DNA of 61,930 nt. It comes from a virus. Positions 47,837-57,474 of this stretch are shown in pieces; position 1 is the stretch's first letter; the number at the start of each line of letters is the position of its first letter. The DNA is taken from the IMG/VR virus record IMGVR_UViG_3300013099_000022; one strand, 5' to 3'. A program made the translations under genes and the position numbers. The notes beneath the pieces are model-generated. The model worked only from the letters and a program-made list of their open reading frames with translations, was not told where the DNA came from and ran no database searches.

Positions 47837-48101
47837 CGCACTCTTTCATTGACCAATATGATCTATCACAACCACCACATATTGGAGTTAAAACACCATG
47901 TTGCACAGCTCCACAATGAGGACAAGCTATTTCTCCAACTGGAACTTTATATTTTAAAGCTGGTTCTCTTGGCCAATCTTGATTCAAGAGTGCTATAGTA
48001 TGTTTTTTTACGCACTCTTCTGAGCAGAATGTTTGGAACATAGTTCCTTTATCATTTTCCCATTTATAATATTCTTTTTGACAGTGTAAGCATATAGCCA
48101 T
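47775..48101 (-). CDS. Zinc-finger-rich hypothetical protein (108 aa)
   Basis: CLHCQ, CPHCG, CGGCD pairs. Confidence 0.4.
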   Translation of the reverse strand: MAICLHCQKEYYKWENDKGTMFQTFCSEECVKKHTIALLNQDWPREPALKYKVPVGEIACPHCGAVQHGVLTPICGGCDRSYWSMKECDEKNNPHFYEQGESSETNRD

Positions 48102-48415
48102 TATAATTCCTTTTTAACTTCTTCTTCGCCTTTGTCTTCATGCGGTTCATGTTCAATATCTAATTTTTCTAATAAATATTCAAACTCGCCAATATGTTCT
48201 TTTTCTTCATTTGCTACATTTAATAATACTTGTTTAACATCTTTATCAACTGCTGCTTCAGACATCTGTTCATATAAATTTATTGCATCATATTCAGCAA
48301 TAATAGCAGCTCTTAAAATTTCCATATCTTTTCTTTTACTAGAAACTTTAGTGTCTTTATTAGGAATGATTGACATTAACTCTGTTAAATATTTATTTAT
48401 ATAATTTTTATCCAT
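48101..48415 (-). CDS. Possible ferritin-like/rubrerythrin-like small protein
   Basis: E..AI.AEYDAINLYEQ....LLNVANEEKEHIGEF resembles ExxH diiron helix pairs; weak. Confidence 0.3.
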   Translation of the reverse strand: MDKNYINKYLTELMSIIPNKDTKVSSKRKDMEILRAAIIAEYDAINLYEQMSEAAVDKDVKQVLLNVANEEKEHIGEFEYLLEKLDIEHEPHEDKGEEEVKKEL

Positions 48416-48424
48416 AATAACTCC

Positions 48425-49141
48425 TTATCCAAAATCAATACTAACATTTGGTAAATACAATCTTTCCATTTTTTCAATCACTTCTCTTTTTAATTCTTTA
48501 CCCTCATCACCAACCTCATCATTTAAAGGAATTTCACCAAATGGAGTTCTTATTTGTCCACCATATTTTTTTCTTATACGTCCAATTTGAATCATAATAT
48601 CAGCTAATGCTAATTTACAAAATATTATTTGATGTTCATTAGGAATACCTCTTAAATCTTCTGGTTGCATACGTTCATATTCAATTGTGCATTTGGATCC
48701 TGTGGTTGGTACTGGAGATATTCTAACTATATTTGGCGTTCTGAATTCAAATGTTTTATCAAACGAACTAAACATTTTTGTATCTTTCGCCATACTTTCA
48801 GCTAAAGCCCATTCTCTTATTTCAAAATGATTAAAAGGACCGAATATTGGTGACCCATGAAGAAGTTCATCAGTTCCATCAAAATAAATATCAATAACAT
48901 TTAAAATTTCAATATTTTGTGGATCTCTAATATAAAATTCATTTTTAATACCAGGAACTCTATATGTAGAATCATTTAAATTCAATGGTATTTTTTTAAT
49001 ATCAGGAATATATTCGGAAAATTCTCTAAGCGAATAAGTTACAAATCTCTGTATAATTTGAGAATCATCTAGCTCAATATTAACATGAGGAAATCCAAGA
49101 TGGTCTTTAATATAACCAAGGACTCTTGAATGATTTAACAT
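48425..49141 (-). CDS. Hypothetical protein (238 aa)
   Basis: ORF track. Confidence 0.45.
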   Translation of the reverse strand: MLNHSRVLGYIKDHLGFPHVNIELDDSQIIQRFVTYSLREFSEYIPDIKKIPLNLNDSTYRVPGIKNEFYIRDPQNIEILNVIDIYFDGTDELLHGSPIFGPFNHFEIREWALAESMAKDTKMFSSFDKTFEFRTPNIVRISPVPTTGSKCTIEYERMQPEDLRGIPNEHQIIFCKLALADIMIQIGRIRKKYGGQIRTPFGEIPLNDEVGDEGKELKREVIEKMERLYLPNVSIDFG

Positions 49142-49152
49142 AATACCTCCTT

Positions 49153-50277
49153 TTAAGTATATATTATGTCGAGGTCTTCTCCTAAAATTTCTATACCTGC
49201 TTTTTCTAAAACTTTTCGCATATTCTCTATTTCAGTTATTTCTTTAGTTTCTAATATTTTATCAAATCTTCTCTTTCTACCCAACATTTCTGTTGAGTCA
49301 GGGTCGTCAAAAACTCTCGATAATATTTCAAATGATACTAACTTTAGATTATTTGAAATTAATTTATTTTTATTTTCTGCATCTATTATTTTATTTATAT
49401 GTTTGTTCTCAATTTTGTTAGATGTTTTAAAGATTGGTTTATTGTTTAATACATTATTATTTAAATCATCCATTGTACCAACCATTTTTTTTAATTCAGG
49501 TAAAATTTTAATAAATGTAGCTCCACCAATTCCTTTTATCCCATACACATCATCCCCAGGATCTCCAATAATAGCAATAGCTAATGGTTGGTATTCATCA
49601 TCTCCAACATAAGCTCTTTTGGTTTGTCTTTCCATTCCTTCATTTTTTTTAACAATTGTTTTACCCTGTGGAGTTTTAATAAAGTTATATGAGTGTTCTG
49701 ATAAATTTTGAGCCATGTCATGGTCATTTGAATAGGTTATGTTAGCTATGTTAGGTGAATTATTAACATAGTTTCTGGTCATTAAATAATATGGTACGAA
49801 ATCAGCTTCAAGGTTTAATAGCTTAATAACCTTTACATCTGGTATTTTATTAAAACCCTTTTCAATCAATCCATAATTTTGTCTTAAAACCTCAAAGAAT
49901 AATTCTCTATCTACTGCATCTAATCCATATAAATCATCTATACGTCTAGATATTTTATATTGTTTGCTTATATTATTATGATAATATGATATACCACTCT
50001 CAAAAAATACATAAAAATTTATTTTAATGTTTCTTTTAGCTGCAAATATTTTATGAAATGATATAAATGATAATAAAGATGTAAATACTGATGTATCATA
50101 TCTTCCACTCATTTTTGTAGATTCAATAAAATTTACGATAGTGTGTTCCATGTAAACGGACTGTAAACAATTTTTTAAATCCACATAAATATTTAATGTA
50201 TCATAATTATTATATGATATTATCTCGTCCAGTATCGAATAGGTAGGGTAATAGCTTAAAATCTGTGCTGGGTGCAT
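49153..50277 (-). CDS. FEN-family 5'-3' exonuclease / RNase H (T4 RNase H-like)
   Basis: H3TH motif GDPGDDVYGIKGIGGATFIKIL (cf. GD.SDNIPGV.GIG.KTA) and N-terminal acidic clusters. Confidence 0.65.
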   Translation of the reverse strand: MHPAQILSYYPTYSILDEIISYNNYDTLNIYVDLKNCLQSVYMEHTIVNFIESTKMSGRYDTSVFTSLLSFISFHKIFAAKRNIKINFYVFFESGISYYHNNISKQYKISRRIDDLYGLDAVDRELFFEVLRQNYGLIEKGFNKIPDVKVIKLLNLEADFVPYYLMTRNYVNNSPNIANITYSNDHDMAQNLSEHSYNFIKTPQGKTIVKKNEGMERQTKRAYVGDDEYQPLAIAIIGDPGDDVYGIKGIGGATFIKILPELKKMVGTMDDLNNNVLNNKPIFKTSNKIENKHINKIIDAENKNKLISNNLKLVSFEILSRVFDDPDSTEMLGRKRRFDKILETKEITEIENMRKVLEKAGIEILGEDLDIIYT

Positions 50278-50281
50278 TTGT

Positions 50282-50638
50282 TCAATCTCCTAATTCAAAA
50301 TTAATTTCACCATCAATTGTCAATGTGTCAAAATGTGTTACTGGCGCAGGATTTTTAAATATAGTTTCTTTTTCATATCCCATTTCTGGAACTACCCATT
50401 TAAATTTTTCGACATACATTTCATATTTAACACTAGATTTAAGAACATATTTAATATTTTTAGTATTTATAGGCATCATATCTTTATAGATAAATTTATC
50501 ATTTATAAAGAATTGAATCTCAGTTTCATGTATGCTTGGTTTATCAGGATCTATTATAAACCAATCTCTATAATCCCCATATTTTAAACTTGGGTTCATT
50601 TCTAATTCTATATTAAAATTTCTAAAATGTTCACTCAT
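50282..50638 (-). CDS. Hypothetical protein (118 aa)
   Basis: ORF track. Confidence 0.4.
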   Translation of the reverse strand: MSEHFRNFNIELEMNPSLKYGDYRDWFIIDPDKPSIHETEIQFFINDKFIYKDMMPINTKNIKYVLKSSVKYEMYVEKFKWVVPEMGYEKETIFKNPAPVTHFDTLTIDGEINFELGD

Positions 50639-50645
50639 ATTAAAC

Positions 50646-50870
50646 CTACTTCTTTTTTGGATGTTCTGAAATTTTCTTAATTATTCTATCTGCTAATGGG
50701 TTATTTAATTTTTGTAAATTTACAATCACATCATCTACATTCAACGCCATTTTTTCTAAGGAGGTTTCATCTTCTAAACTATAAGAATCACCTCCACACC
50801 AATCACATTCTCTTTCATCTTCATTTGTACATTCCCATTCATGGTGACATTTATTGCAATGTACATACAT
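50646..50870 (-). CDS. Small Cys-rich hypothetical protein (74 aa)
   Basis: CNKCHHEWECT...CDWCGG. Confidence 0.35.
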   Translation of the reverse strand: MYVHCNKCHHEWECTNEDERECDWCGGDSYSLEDETSLEKMALNVDDVIVNLQKLNNPLADRIIKKISEHPKKK

Positions 50871-50874
50871 AATA

Positions 50875-51627
50875 TTACTCCTCGTTTAAACTACTCCTTC
50901 CATAAATAGTAATATCAATGTCAGAAATAGAAGTTTTAAAAGTATTTGAACAAATTTGTTCTTGATAATTATACATCTTTAATTCTATTTTTCCATCATG
51001 GTCAATAATAAATGGTGTATTAATTAAACTACTATTACATGTCATTGGTTGTTCTAATGTAATATTAGATAAAATTTTAGCACTTTGATCATGACCAGGT
51101 GTTTCCATACAAATAGAAGCATTTTCTTCTTCAAATTCTATTTGAGTTGAAGTTACATTAAAGTTTTGAGCAATAATTCTCATTCTATCTGAAATATTTA
51201 GTTCTATATTTGTTTGAAGAATTATATCTTCTTCATTCAATGTAAAAATTGTTTCAAGTTCTTCTTCTGTGATAAACCTGTTGTCCATATATTCTAATTC
51301 TGGACCTTGAAATTTAATAGAAGAATATTCATCTGAAAATGTAAAATTTCCATCATCATCAACAGAAATATCTACTGTTTGACTTTGATCTGAATTTTGA
51401 TTTATAAATATTTTTAATAAATCAAGTTTTTGTTTTAAATTAACTAAAGGTATATCTATTGTATCAATAACTGAAGTCATATCAATTTCAAATACATTTG
51501 CACTATCATTTGTTCTTTGTCTAAGAATACCATCATGAATATCTGCATCATTACAAACATCCTTTAAAATAGATAAACATCTTAGAAATTGTTCATAATC
51601 CTCCATGCTTAAATTCACTTGCTCCAT
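50875..51627 (-). CDS. Acidic hypothetical protein (250 aa)
   Basis: ORF track. Confidence 0.45.
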   Translation of the reverse strand: MEQVNLSMEDYEQFLRCLSILKDVCNDADIHDGILRQRTNDSANVFEIDMTSVIDTIDIPLVNLKQKLDLLKIFINQNSDQSQTVDISVDDDGNFTFSDEYSSIKFQGPELEYMDNRFITEEELETIFTLNEEDIILQTNIELNISDRMRIIAQNFNVTSTQIEFEEENASICMETPGHDQSAKILSNITLEQPMTCNSSLINTPFIIDHDGKIELKMYNYQEQICSNTFKTSISDIDITIYGRSSLNEE

Positions 51628-51639
51628 GTCTTCTTCTCC

Positions 51640-52026
51640 TTAATTTCCGTTATTTAATTTTTTGATAATAGACACATAAATAAATCTATCATCTTTCACT
51701 TCTTTTGATTTTATATAATCTGTTGTTACAAATATACTTTCACATAGTTCAACTATATCCATAACTTTATCAGCTATAAATTTTGTGCTTGATTCTTCTC
51801 CGTTTGGTATGGAAAATATAATTAATATAGAATCTTTCTTTTCATGTATATAATTAAATAAACATGTATTCAACCCTAAAAATTTATATAATTTATCTTT
51901 AGCTCCTGCCTTACAAAACAAACCAAAATAATCAATATTTTTTAAATTTCCATCATACTTTAAATCATTACTTTCTATTGTTTGATCAAAAGCATCTTTT
52001 AGTTTTTGTTTTAATTTTTTGTCCAT
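51640..52026 (-). CDS. Hypothetical protein (128 aa)
   Basis: ORF track. Confidence 0.4.
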   Translation of the reverse strand: MDKKLKQKLKDAFDQTIESNDLKYDGNLKNIDYFGLFCKAGAKDKLYKFLGLNTCLFNYIHEKKDSILIIFSIPNGEESSTKFIADKVMDIVELCESIFVTTDYIKSKEVKDDRFIYVSIIKKLNNGN

Positions 52027-52042
52027 TACATTGTTTCCCTCT

Positions 52043-53035
52043 TTAACTTAAAATATTAGTACAGCTTATATTAATTGGTGTATCATTAAAATCTTTTCCC
52101 GTTTTATTATAATATACATGTAATGATTCTATTAAATGTTTATTATATTTCATAATTTTCTCGTAATATTTTATAGGTATTTCTCTGTCAGATAAAATAT
52201 GTATTATTGGTCTAAAAATTTGTTCATTAAAAACAACACTTTTTATAGCTGCTGCGTACGAAGTTGATAAGGCTGCTATATAAGCTGCAGCTTTATTCTT
52301 TAATTCTAGCACATTATATATATGTTCAGAGTAAATATCAAATATTCCCTCCGCCATAATAATATGTTTTGAATTTTTTTTAAACCCAAACAACTTATAA
52401 TAATCTAATAATTGTGATGGTTGAATATTTAATTTATAATATCTAAACTCTGATTTGCTGTCAATGTTTCTCATGGATACACAAGATTGATTTTCAGTTA
52501 AAAACCCCACAAAGTTAGTTTGTAAATAATCTTTAAACCTTAAAACTTTTTCATCTAATTGTATATTATTTATTCTTATTAATTCATCAATATCAAACAC
52601 TAACCCACTAACAGAATCTAATGGTATGTTTTCAAATTTAAATCTTTGTTTAATGTATAATGATTTTAAAGAAAACTTATCAGTATTTAATTTTGGTAAT
52701 ATAATATCTTTTGGTTTAAATTCATTTTTTTCAAATTTTACTTTTTCTACTTTAAAGTGTTTAACTTGTTCTTTATTAACATAAGTAGATGAAGAATCTT
52801 TACCTTCTATCTTTTCCGTAAGTTTTCTAATTAATCCGCTTTGATTACATCCACCTCTAAAGCAATGAAATATAGGATCATGCATTGAAATCCATAAATG
52901 GTCTTTAGATGTTTCTACTCCTAAATCACACCAAGGGCATTTAGTAATAATATTCTTAGGATTGGTTTTTATTGAACCTAAATTAACTTCAAGATAATTT
53001 AAAAATTCTTCATTATATATACCTACTGTCCCCAT
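52043..53035 (-). CDS. DnaG-like DNA primase (CHC2 zinc-binding domain plus TOPRIM)
   Basis: CPWCDLGVETSKDHLWISMHDPIFHCFRGGC (cf. DnaG CPFH.EKTPSF......FHCFGCG); TOPRIM-like IIMAEGIFDIYS (cf. vEGymDv). Confidence 0.55.
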   Translation of the reverse strand: MGTVGIYNEEFLNYLEVNLGSIKTNPKNIITKCPWCDLGVETSKDHLWISMHDPIFHCFRGGCNQSGLIRKLTEKIEGKDSSSTYVNKEQVKHFKVEKVKFEKNEFKPKDIILPKLNTDKFSLKSLYIKQRFKFENIPLDSVSGLVFDIDELIRINNIQLDEKVLRFKDYLQTNFVGFLTENQSCVSMRNIDSKSEFRYYKLNIQPSQLLDYYKLFGFKKNSKHIIMAEGIFDIYSEHIYNVLELKNKAAAYIAALSTSYAAAIKSVVFNEQIFRPIIHILSDREIPIKYYEKIMKYNKHLIESLHVYYNKTGKDFNDTPINISCTNILS

Positions 53036-53272
53036 TTATTTATCTCTCTCTAAAAAATTTAATCCATACATTTTAAATATATTATTACAATATTTACATT
53101 TTAATTGATAAAGCATAGAAGAATTTGTATTAAAATAATTTTTTTCACCACAATCAGGACAAATTTTATATTCAGTTAAAAATTTAGAAACTGATTCTCT
53201 AGAACGATTTTTTAGTTCTTTACATAACTCTGTGCATGTAGGTGCTACTAAACATTCTCTACATGGAAACAT
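53036..53272 (-). CDS. Small Cys-motif protein (PCxxCLVxPTCxExC family)
   Basis: MFPCRECLVAPTCTELCKEL plus CPDCG...CKYC. Confidence 0.45.
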   Translation of the reverse strand: MFPCRECLVAPTCTELCKELKNRSRESVSKFLTEYKICPDCGEKNYFNTNSSMLYQLKCKYCNNIFKMYGLNFLERDK

Positions 53273-53544
53273 TATTCTTTATATTCTTCAGCAATTTTAG
53301 TACAACTAACTATCATTGATTGAAACATTTTATTAACATCTTTTATATCTTTCATTTTAATCTGAGAATATAATATTTTTTTTAATGGTGTAAATAATAT
53401 ATTATAATCAATGCTTTGTCCTGATGGACTTTTTTGTTTTTTCTTTTTCATTGGACATCCACCTGCTACTGGAGGGTGTGAAAATCCACATTCTGGACAT
53501 GTTCCCTGACTCATCCCTTGCATATTACCGTGTTCATTTCCCAT
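53272..53544 (-). CDS. Small hypothetical protein with CPECG...CP motif
   Basis: ORF track. Confidence 0.35.
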   Translation of the reverse strand: MGNEHGNMQGMSQGTCPECGFSHPPVAGGCPMKKKKQKSPSGQSIDYNILFTPLKKILYSQIKMKDIKDVNKMFQSMIVSCTKIAEEYKE

Positions 53545-53554
53545 TTTTTATCTC

Positions 53555-53848
53555 CTATATTCTTTCTATAAATAGTGGTAACGCCATATTAAATCTATGA
53601 CCACATTTTGCACATGAAATATTTTGTGACATACCACCTGATGGACCTTCAAGTAAATGAGTTGATCCGCAATCTATACAACATTCATATTTTAAAAATA
53701 ACTTTTTTATTTTTTCTTTGTTAGTTTCAACTTTATCACATATTTCACTACAACCAGTTGGTAGAATTAAACAATCAATACATGGAAATGTATGTTTTTT
53801 AAATTTATCTATTTTTAAAATATTTTTTAATCTTTCTAATAAAATCAT
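53555..53848 (-). CDS. Small Cys-motif protein (PCxxCLIxPTGCSExC family)
   Basis: HTFPCIDCLILPTGCSEICDKV plus CIDCG...CAKCG. Confidence 0.45.
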   Translation of the reverse strand: MILLERLKNILKIDKFKKHTFPCIDCLILPTGCSEICDKVETNKEKIKKLFLKYECCIDCGSTHLLEGPSGGMSQNISCAKCGHRFNMALPLFIERI

Positions 53849-54192
53849 TTTTCTTTAGATCCTCCAATCATCATATATCTTAACCAATCAACTAATCCTT
53901 CTCCATGGCATCCAGAACATGGTGTGTTACCAATTTTCCCATAACCTTTACATCTTGGACAAAGTTTTTTAGTCATTGTTTCTTTCCAGCTCAAATAACC
54001 AATACCTTCACAATGATCACAAAAACTACTACCATCCCAAGCATAATCCCCTTCAAGACTAGCTATATTATCTAATCCTGTTCCATTACAATGATTACAT
54101 GGTCTAATAGATTCAGAAAAGTTTTGTCTAATTAAATCCCTTTTTTTATTCGCCTTCAACATTTGAGTTGGGGTTAGAAACATTTTTTTCAT
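53845..54192 (-). CDS. DnaJ-type zinc-finger (CxxCxGxG repeat) small protein
   Basis: CNHCNGTG, CDHCEGIG, CPRCKGYG, CSGCHGEG: four CxxCxGxG repeats. Confidence 0.5.
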   Translation of the reverse strand: MKKMFLTPTQMLKANKKRDLIRQNFSESIRPCNHCNGTGLDNIASLEGDYAWDGSSFCDHCEGIGYLSWKETMTKKLCPRCKGYGKIGNTPCSGCHGEGLVDWLRYMMIGGSKEK

Positions 54193-54331
54193 CCTCTTTC
54201 TTATTGATATAATCTCTTAATGCTTGATTAACACCAAGTTCAACAAATGTATTTATTTCTTCTTGTGTTAATTCTAACTCTATTGTTGCTGATCCATCTT
54301 TATGTTCTGTTGTTTTAATCACCTCAACCAT
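54146..54331 (-). CDS. Small hypothetical protein (61 aa)
   Basis: ORF track; overlaps neighbour, uncertain. Confidence 0.25.
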   Translation of the reverse strand: MVEVIKTTEHKDGSATIELELTQEEINTFVELGVNQALRDYINKKEDEKNVSNPNSNVEGE

Positions 54332-54335
54332 TTTA

Positions 54336-55319
54336 TCACCTCTTTATATTTTGAAAGTATGCAGTACATGATTGAATCATTTCAAAGATCATTGCTGATA
54401 CATGCATACTAGGCACCAAACAACTTAAATGATCTCTTGAATATTTATTACATATGATTTTAGCTGGAACTGGTATTGCTTTATGATTAAATAAAACTTC
54501 ATAAATATTACCAAATTCTAAATCTTGTTTATCTAGTAATTTAATTATATTATTTACTTCTTTATTAATCATAGAACCTTTACCAATTTTAATATAATTC
54601 ATTATTTCGACAACTGAAGCAATTAGAGCTTTTTCTGTCGTGAGGGCAATATCTTTATTAACATTTAATTTTCCAGTATTACTATTACGTTGTAATAAAT
54701 TTACTATTTTTCTAACATCTGGATATAAGTTTTCAATTATATATCTTATATCTTCTTCTCTATATTCAATATTTTCTTCTTTGAGTATTTTAGTTGTATA
54801 CGCCTCAACAAAATCCATTGGCATTTGTTTAAAAGAAAAATGAGTGAATCTGCTAACTATGGGATCTGGAATTTTTGAAGGATAGTTACATGTAAAAATA
54901 AATCTACCGTATCTAATTTGATATTTTTCAATTATTCCCCTTAAAGATAAGAAACTTTCTTGGGTTAAATTGTCTGCTTCATCAATAAAAACTATTTTGT
55001 ATTTATCTGTACCAGCAGGGGGTACACGTAAAAAAGGTTCTATAACTTGCTGAGTAAAATTAATAGATCTTGTTTTTTGGCTAGAACCATTAGCCATTAA
55101 TAGATTTGATTTTGGTATTTGTAACACACCCTCTTTGCTACATATAATACGAGCTAATGTTGTCTTACCACCACCTGCAGGACCACTTAAAAGAAGGTTT
55201 GGTAATTTATTCTTTTTAACAAAACTTTTAATTTCTGTTGAATATTGTTCTGGTAAAATTACATCTTCAATTATCTTTGGGCGAAATTTTTCTACCCAAA
55301 GTGAATTTTCCATTTTCAT
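54336..55319 (-). CDS. AAA+ sliding-clamp loader subunit (RFC small subunit / T4 gp44-like)
   Basis: Walker A SGPAGGGKTT, Walker B FIDEADNL, sensor-1 CN, SRF motif (SRFTHFSF). Confidence 0.8.
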   Translation of the reverse strand: MKMENSLWVEKFRPKIIEDVILPEQYSTEIKSFVKKNKLPNLLLSGPAGGGKTTLARIICSKEGVLQIPKSNLLMANGSSQKTRSINFTQQVIEPFLRVPPAGTDKYKIVFIDEADNLTQESFLSLRGIIEKYQIRYGRFIFTCNYPSKIPDPIVSRFTHFSFKQMPMDFVEAYTTKILKEENIEYREEDIRYIIENLYPDVRKIVNLLQRNSNTGKLNVNKDIALTTEKALIASVVEIMNYIKIGKGSMINKEVNNIIKLLDKQDLEFGNIYEVLFNHKAIPVPAKIICNKYSRDHLSCLVPSMHVSAMIFEMIQSCTAYFQNIKR

Positions 55320-55393
55320 TTAATCTTCTCCAATTAATATTTCCTTTATAATATGTTCCATTAGTATAAAATAGTTTCTTAAATAAAAAATTA

Positions 55394-55438
55394 CAACAAA
55401 AAAAATGTAACTCCCTATTAATCAGGAGTTACATTTTT
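55394..55438 (-). terminator. Rho-independent terminator: A8 / 12-bp stem AAATGTAACTCC-loop-GGAGTTACATTT / T5 (bidirectional-looking)
   Basis: Perfect 12-bp inverted repeat read directly, flanked by A- and T-runs. Confidence 0.55.
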
Positions 55439-55556
55439 AACTTGGGTTACTTACTAACTAAGTTTGATCAAGACTATGCCTCCCAGCGGTTATTTATTAA
55501 CCTTCCCATACCTCACCCAAGCTATTTACTTTATTCTAATATTTCCTTTAAATTTA

Positions 55557-55748
55557 TTACATCATCATCATTCTTCTATGGCGCTCTTTTCCTTTCACTT
55601 TAAAAAGAGGATCATGACTCTGACACCAAACATCAATAACACGTTTTTCATCAGATCCAATTTTTCCCATACCAAAACCACGAGCTTTTTTAGCAGCTCT
55701 TCTCTTTGCGTTTGGAACACCATCTACAAATTTTACACCATCTCTCAT
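55557..55748 (-). CDS. Small basic hypothetical protein (63 aa)
   Basis: ORF track; Lys/Arg-rich. Confidence 0.3.
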   Translation of the reverse strand: MRDGVKFVDGVPNAKRRAAKKARGFGMGKIGSDEKRVIDVWCQSHDPLFKVKGKERHRRMMMM

Positions 55749-55751
55749 AAT

Positions 55752-56504
55752 TTAATCTCCTGTTCTAATTTCGCCAACTGTTAGATCTTCTTTTTCATCT
55801 TCTTTATAAACAACTCTTTTATGATAAATACTTTCAAGTTCTTTAATTAGAATTTTTTTGGTTTTATTTAAAACACCAATTTTCATATTATCCAATTGTT
55901 CATCATCCATCAATCTAAAGATAGTACTATCAATAGCTTGTTGTATAAAATCATCTTTTCCATCACCACTATTAAACAAAGCTCTGGTTGTTGCTTCAAC
56001 TGAATCACATATCATCAAAATTAAAGATTCAGATGAAATTGGTTTAGAACATTTATATCTATATTTATCTTCAGGTGCTTTTTTATCTTTATTCCAAAAC
56101 GCCTTCAATACAGTATCACCATGATGTTGACTAACTATTTCAATAACTTCTGGTGGTAAATCAGGAATTTGAAGTAAATATAATATGCTATCTCCAACAT
56201 GTCTTGTTATAATTTGATAAGACATGTAGGGTTCCAAATCATCATGGATATTATTTTCATCTTGATTTTCAGAAAAGTACATTGGATTATTCATTTTTCC
56301 GCAATCATGATATAGAGCTGCACATCTTAACAAATCTATATTTAAACCCAATTCAATTGCAACTGTATCGCACATACTTGCAACATTTTGTGAATGTTTA
56401 AAAGTACCAGGACATATCTCTTTAAACTTATCCAACAGTGGATACTTTTGATCTAATATAGTTTTATCTATAGATATATTTTCATCTATTGTTTCCATTT
56501 TCAC
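55752..56504 (-). CDS. HD-domain phosphohydrolase
   Basis: H...(40 aa)...HDCGK (AALYHDCGKM) HD motif arrangement. Confidence 0.55.
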   Translation of the reverse strand: MKMETIDENISIDKTILDQKYPLLDKFKEICPGTFKHSQNVASMCDTVAIELGLNIDLLRCAALYHDCGKMNNPMYFSENQDENNIHDDLEPYMSYQIITRHVGDSILYLLQIPDLPPEVIEIVSQHHGDTVLKAFWNKDKKAPEDKYRYKCSKPISSESLILMICDSVEATTRALFNSGDGKDDFIQQAIDSTIFRLMDDEQLDNMKIGVLNKTKKILIKELESIYHKRVVYKEDEKEDLTVGEIRTGD

Positions 56505-56507
56505 CTC

Positions 56508-56702
56508 TTATTTTTCTATTTGATTTAAATTTTCTTCTCTCTTTTTTAAATCAATTGATTTTTGTTCTAACCTTTGTCTACATATGTCTGGGTTTTTATG
56601 TGCTACTCCGCCTTCAAAATAACCGTTAGCCATATCACTTGATGTAGCCATACCTTTACCACCACAAATTCTACAAGTGGTTTTCCAAATATATGGATTC
56701 AT
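56508..56702 (-). CDS. Small Cys-containing hypothetical protein (64 aa)
   Basis: ORF track. Confidence 0.3.
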   Translation of the reverse strand: MNPYIWKTTCRICGGKGMATSSDMANGYFEGGVAHKNPDICRQRLEQKSIDLKKREENLNQIEK

Positions 56703-56986
56703 ATTTTAACCTTTCTTATTGTTTTTGTTAAATCCATTATCACTATTTGATCTCGAATAAGGATTGCCGAACCATCATTAAATTTAAAATTATAATATGG
56801 GTTGTTAGAACACATAAACCATTCAAAAACATTATCAAAACAAAACCTTCCTTTAAAATTTTCTGAGTCAGGTTTGTTTGTTGACATACAGGATGATGTT
56901 CCATTTTTTAATTTAATATCTAATGACCAATAAGTTTCATTTATGGTTTTTTTAACTTTTTGTTTTTTAAAAAAATTAAAATTCAT
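56699..56986 (-). CDS. Hypothetical protein (95 aa)
   Basis: ORF track. Confidence 0.35.
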   Translation of the reverse strand: MNFNFFKKQKVKKTINETYWSLDIKLKNGTSSCMSTNKPDSENFKGRFCFDNVFEWFMCSNNPYYNFKFNDGSAILIRDQIVIMDLTKTIRKVKI

Positions 56987-57186
56987 TATATATTTCCTTC
57001 TTTAAATTGTAACATTCCGTTTTTTATAGTCATTGCACCTTTAGTTCTTTTTTCAACTCTTTTTTTTAGAACTTCTAGTGCTTTAATAAACGAATTAGTT
57101 TCTTTAATTATTTCTATTACCTCATCTTGTATATTCATTTTTTCTCCTTTTAATGATATAAAAATTTTAGAGTAAGAATTAAACAT
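56986..57186 (-). CDS. Hypothetical protein (66 aa)
   Basis: ORF track. Confidence 0.3.
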   Translation of the reverse strand: MFNSYSKIFISLKGEKMNIQDEVIEIIKETNSFIKALEVLKKRVEKRTKGAMTIKNGMLQFKEGNI

Positions 57187-57473
57187 GTCAAGTGAATAGC
57201 TTGATCAATCCCAATAGTAACAAAAAACCAATGTCTTTCATTTTTTTCCCAAAAATATTTTGTTATTTTAGAGGTAATATAATCAACTATAAAATGAGCA
57301 CCACAAGTTATTAATGCAAATTCTAATCCAATTATTAAAAATGGAATTGAATATACCATGCAGTGAATTCCTAACCAATTTATATTTTCACTTTTATTTA
57401 GAGCCATTTGATCTGATTGAAATGCAAAATCAGATATAAAATGAATCCATATAATTAATATTAAAATATACAT
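57150..57473 (-). CDS. Integral membrane protein (about 3 TM)
   Basis: Hydrophobic helices throughout 107 aa. Confidence 0.4.
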   Translation of the reverse strand: MYILILIIWIHFISDFAFQSDQMALNKSENINWLGIHCMVYSIPFLIIGLEFALITCGAHFIVDYITSKITKYFWEKNERHWFFVTIGIDQAIHLTCLILTLKFLYH

Positions 57474-57474
57474 T

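Noticed and set aside
55441-55523. Possible tRNA (complementary 7-nt ends CTTGGGT/ACCCAAG about 80 nt apart)
   Set aside because: Attempted cloverleaf folding on both strands gives no proper D-arm, anticodon arm or T-loop (no GTTC-like T-loop, 4-bp stems with 5-nt loops); retained only as an unexplained structured segment.
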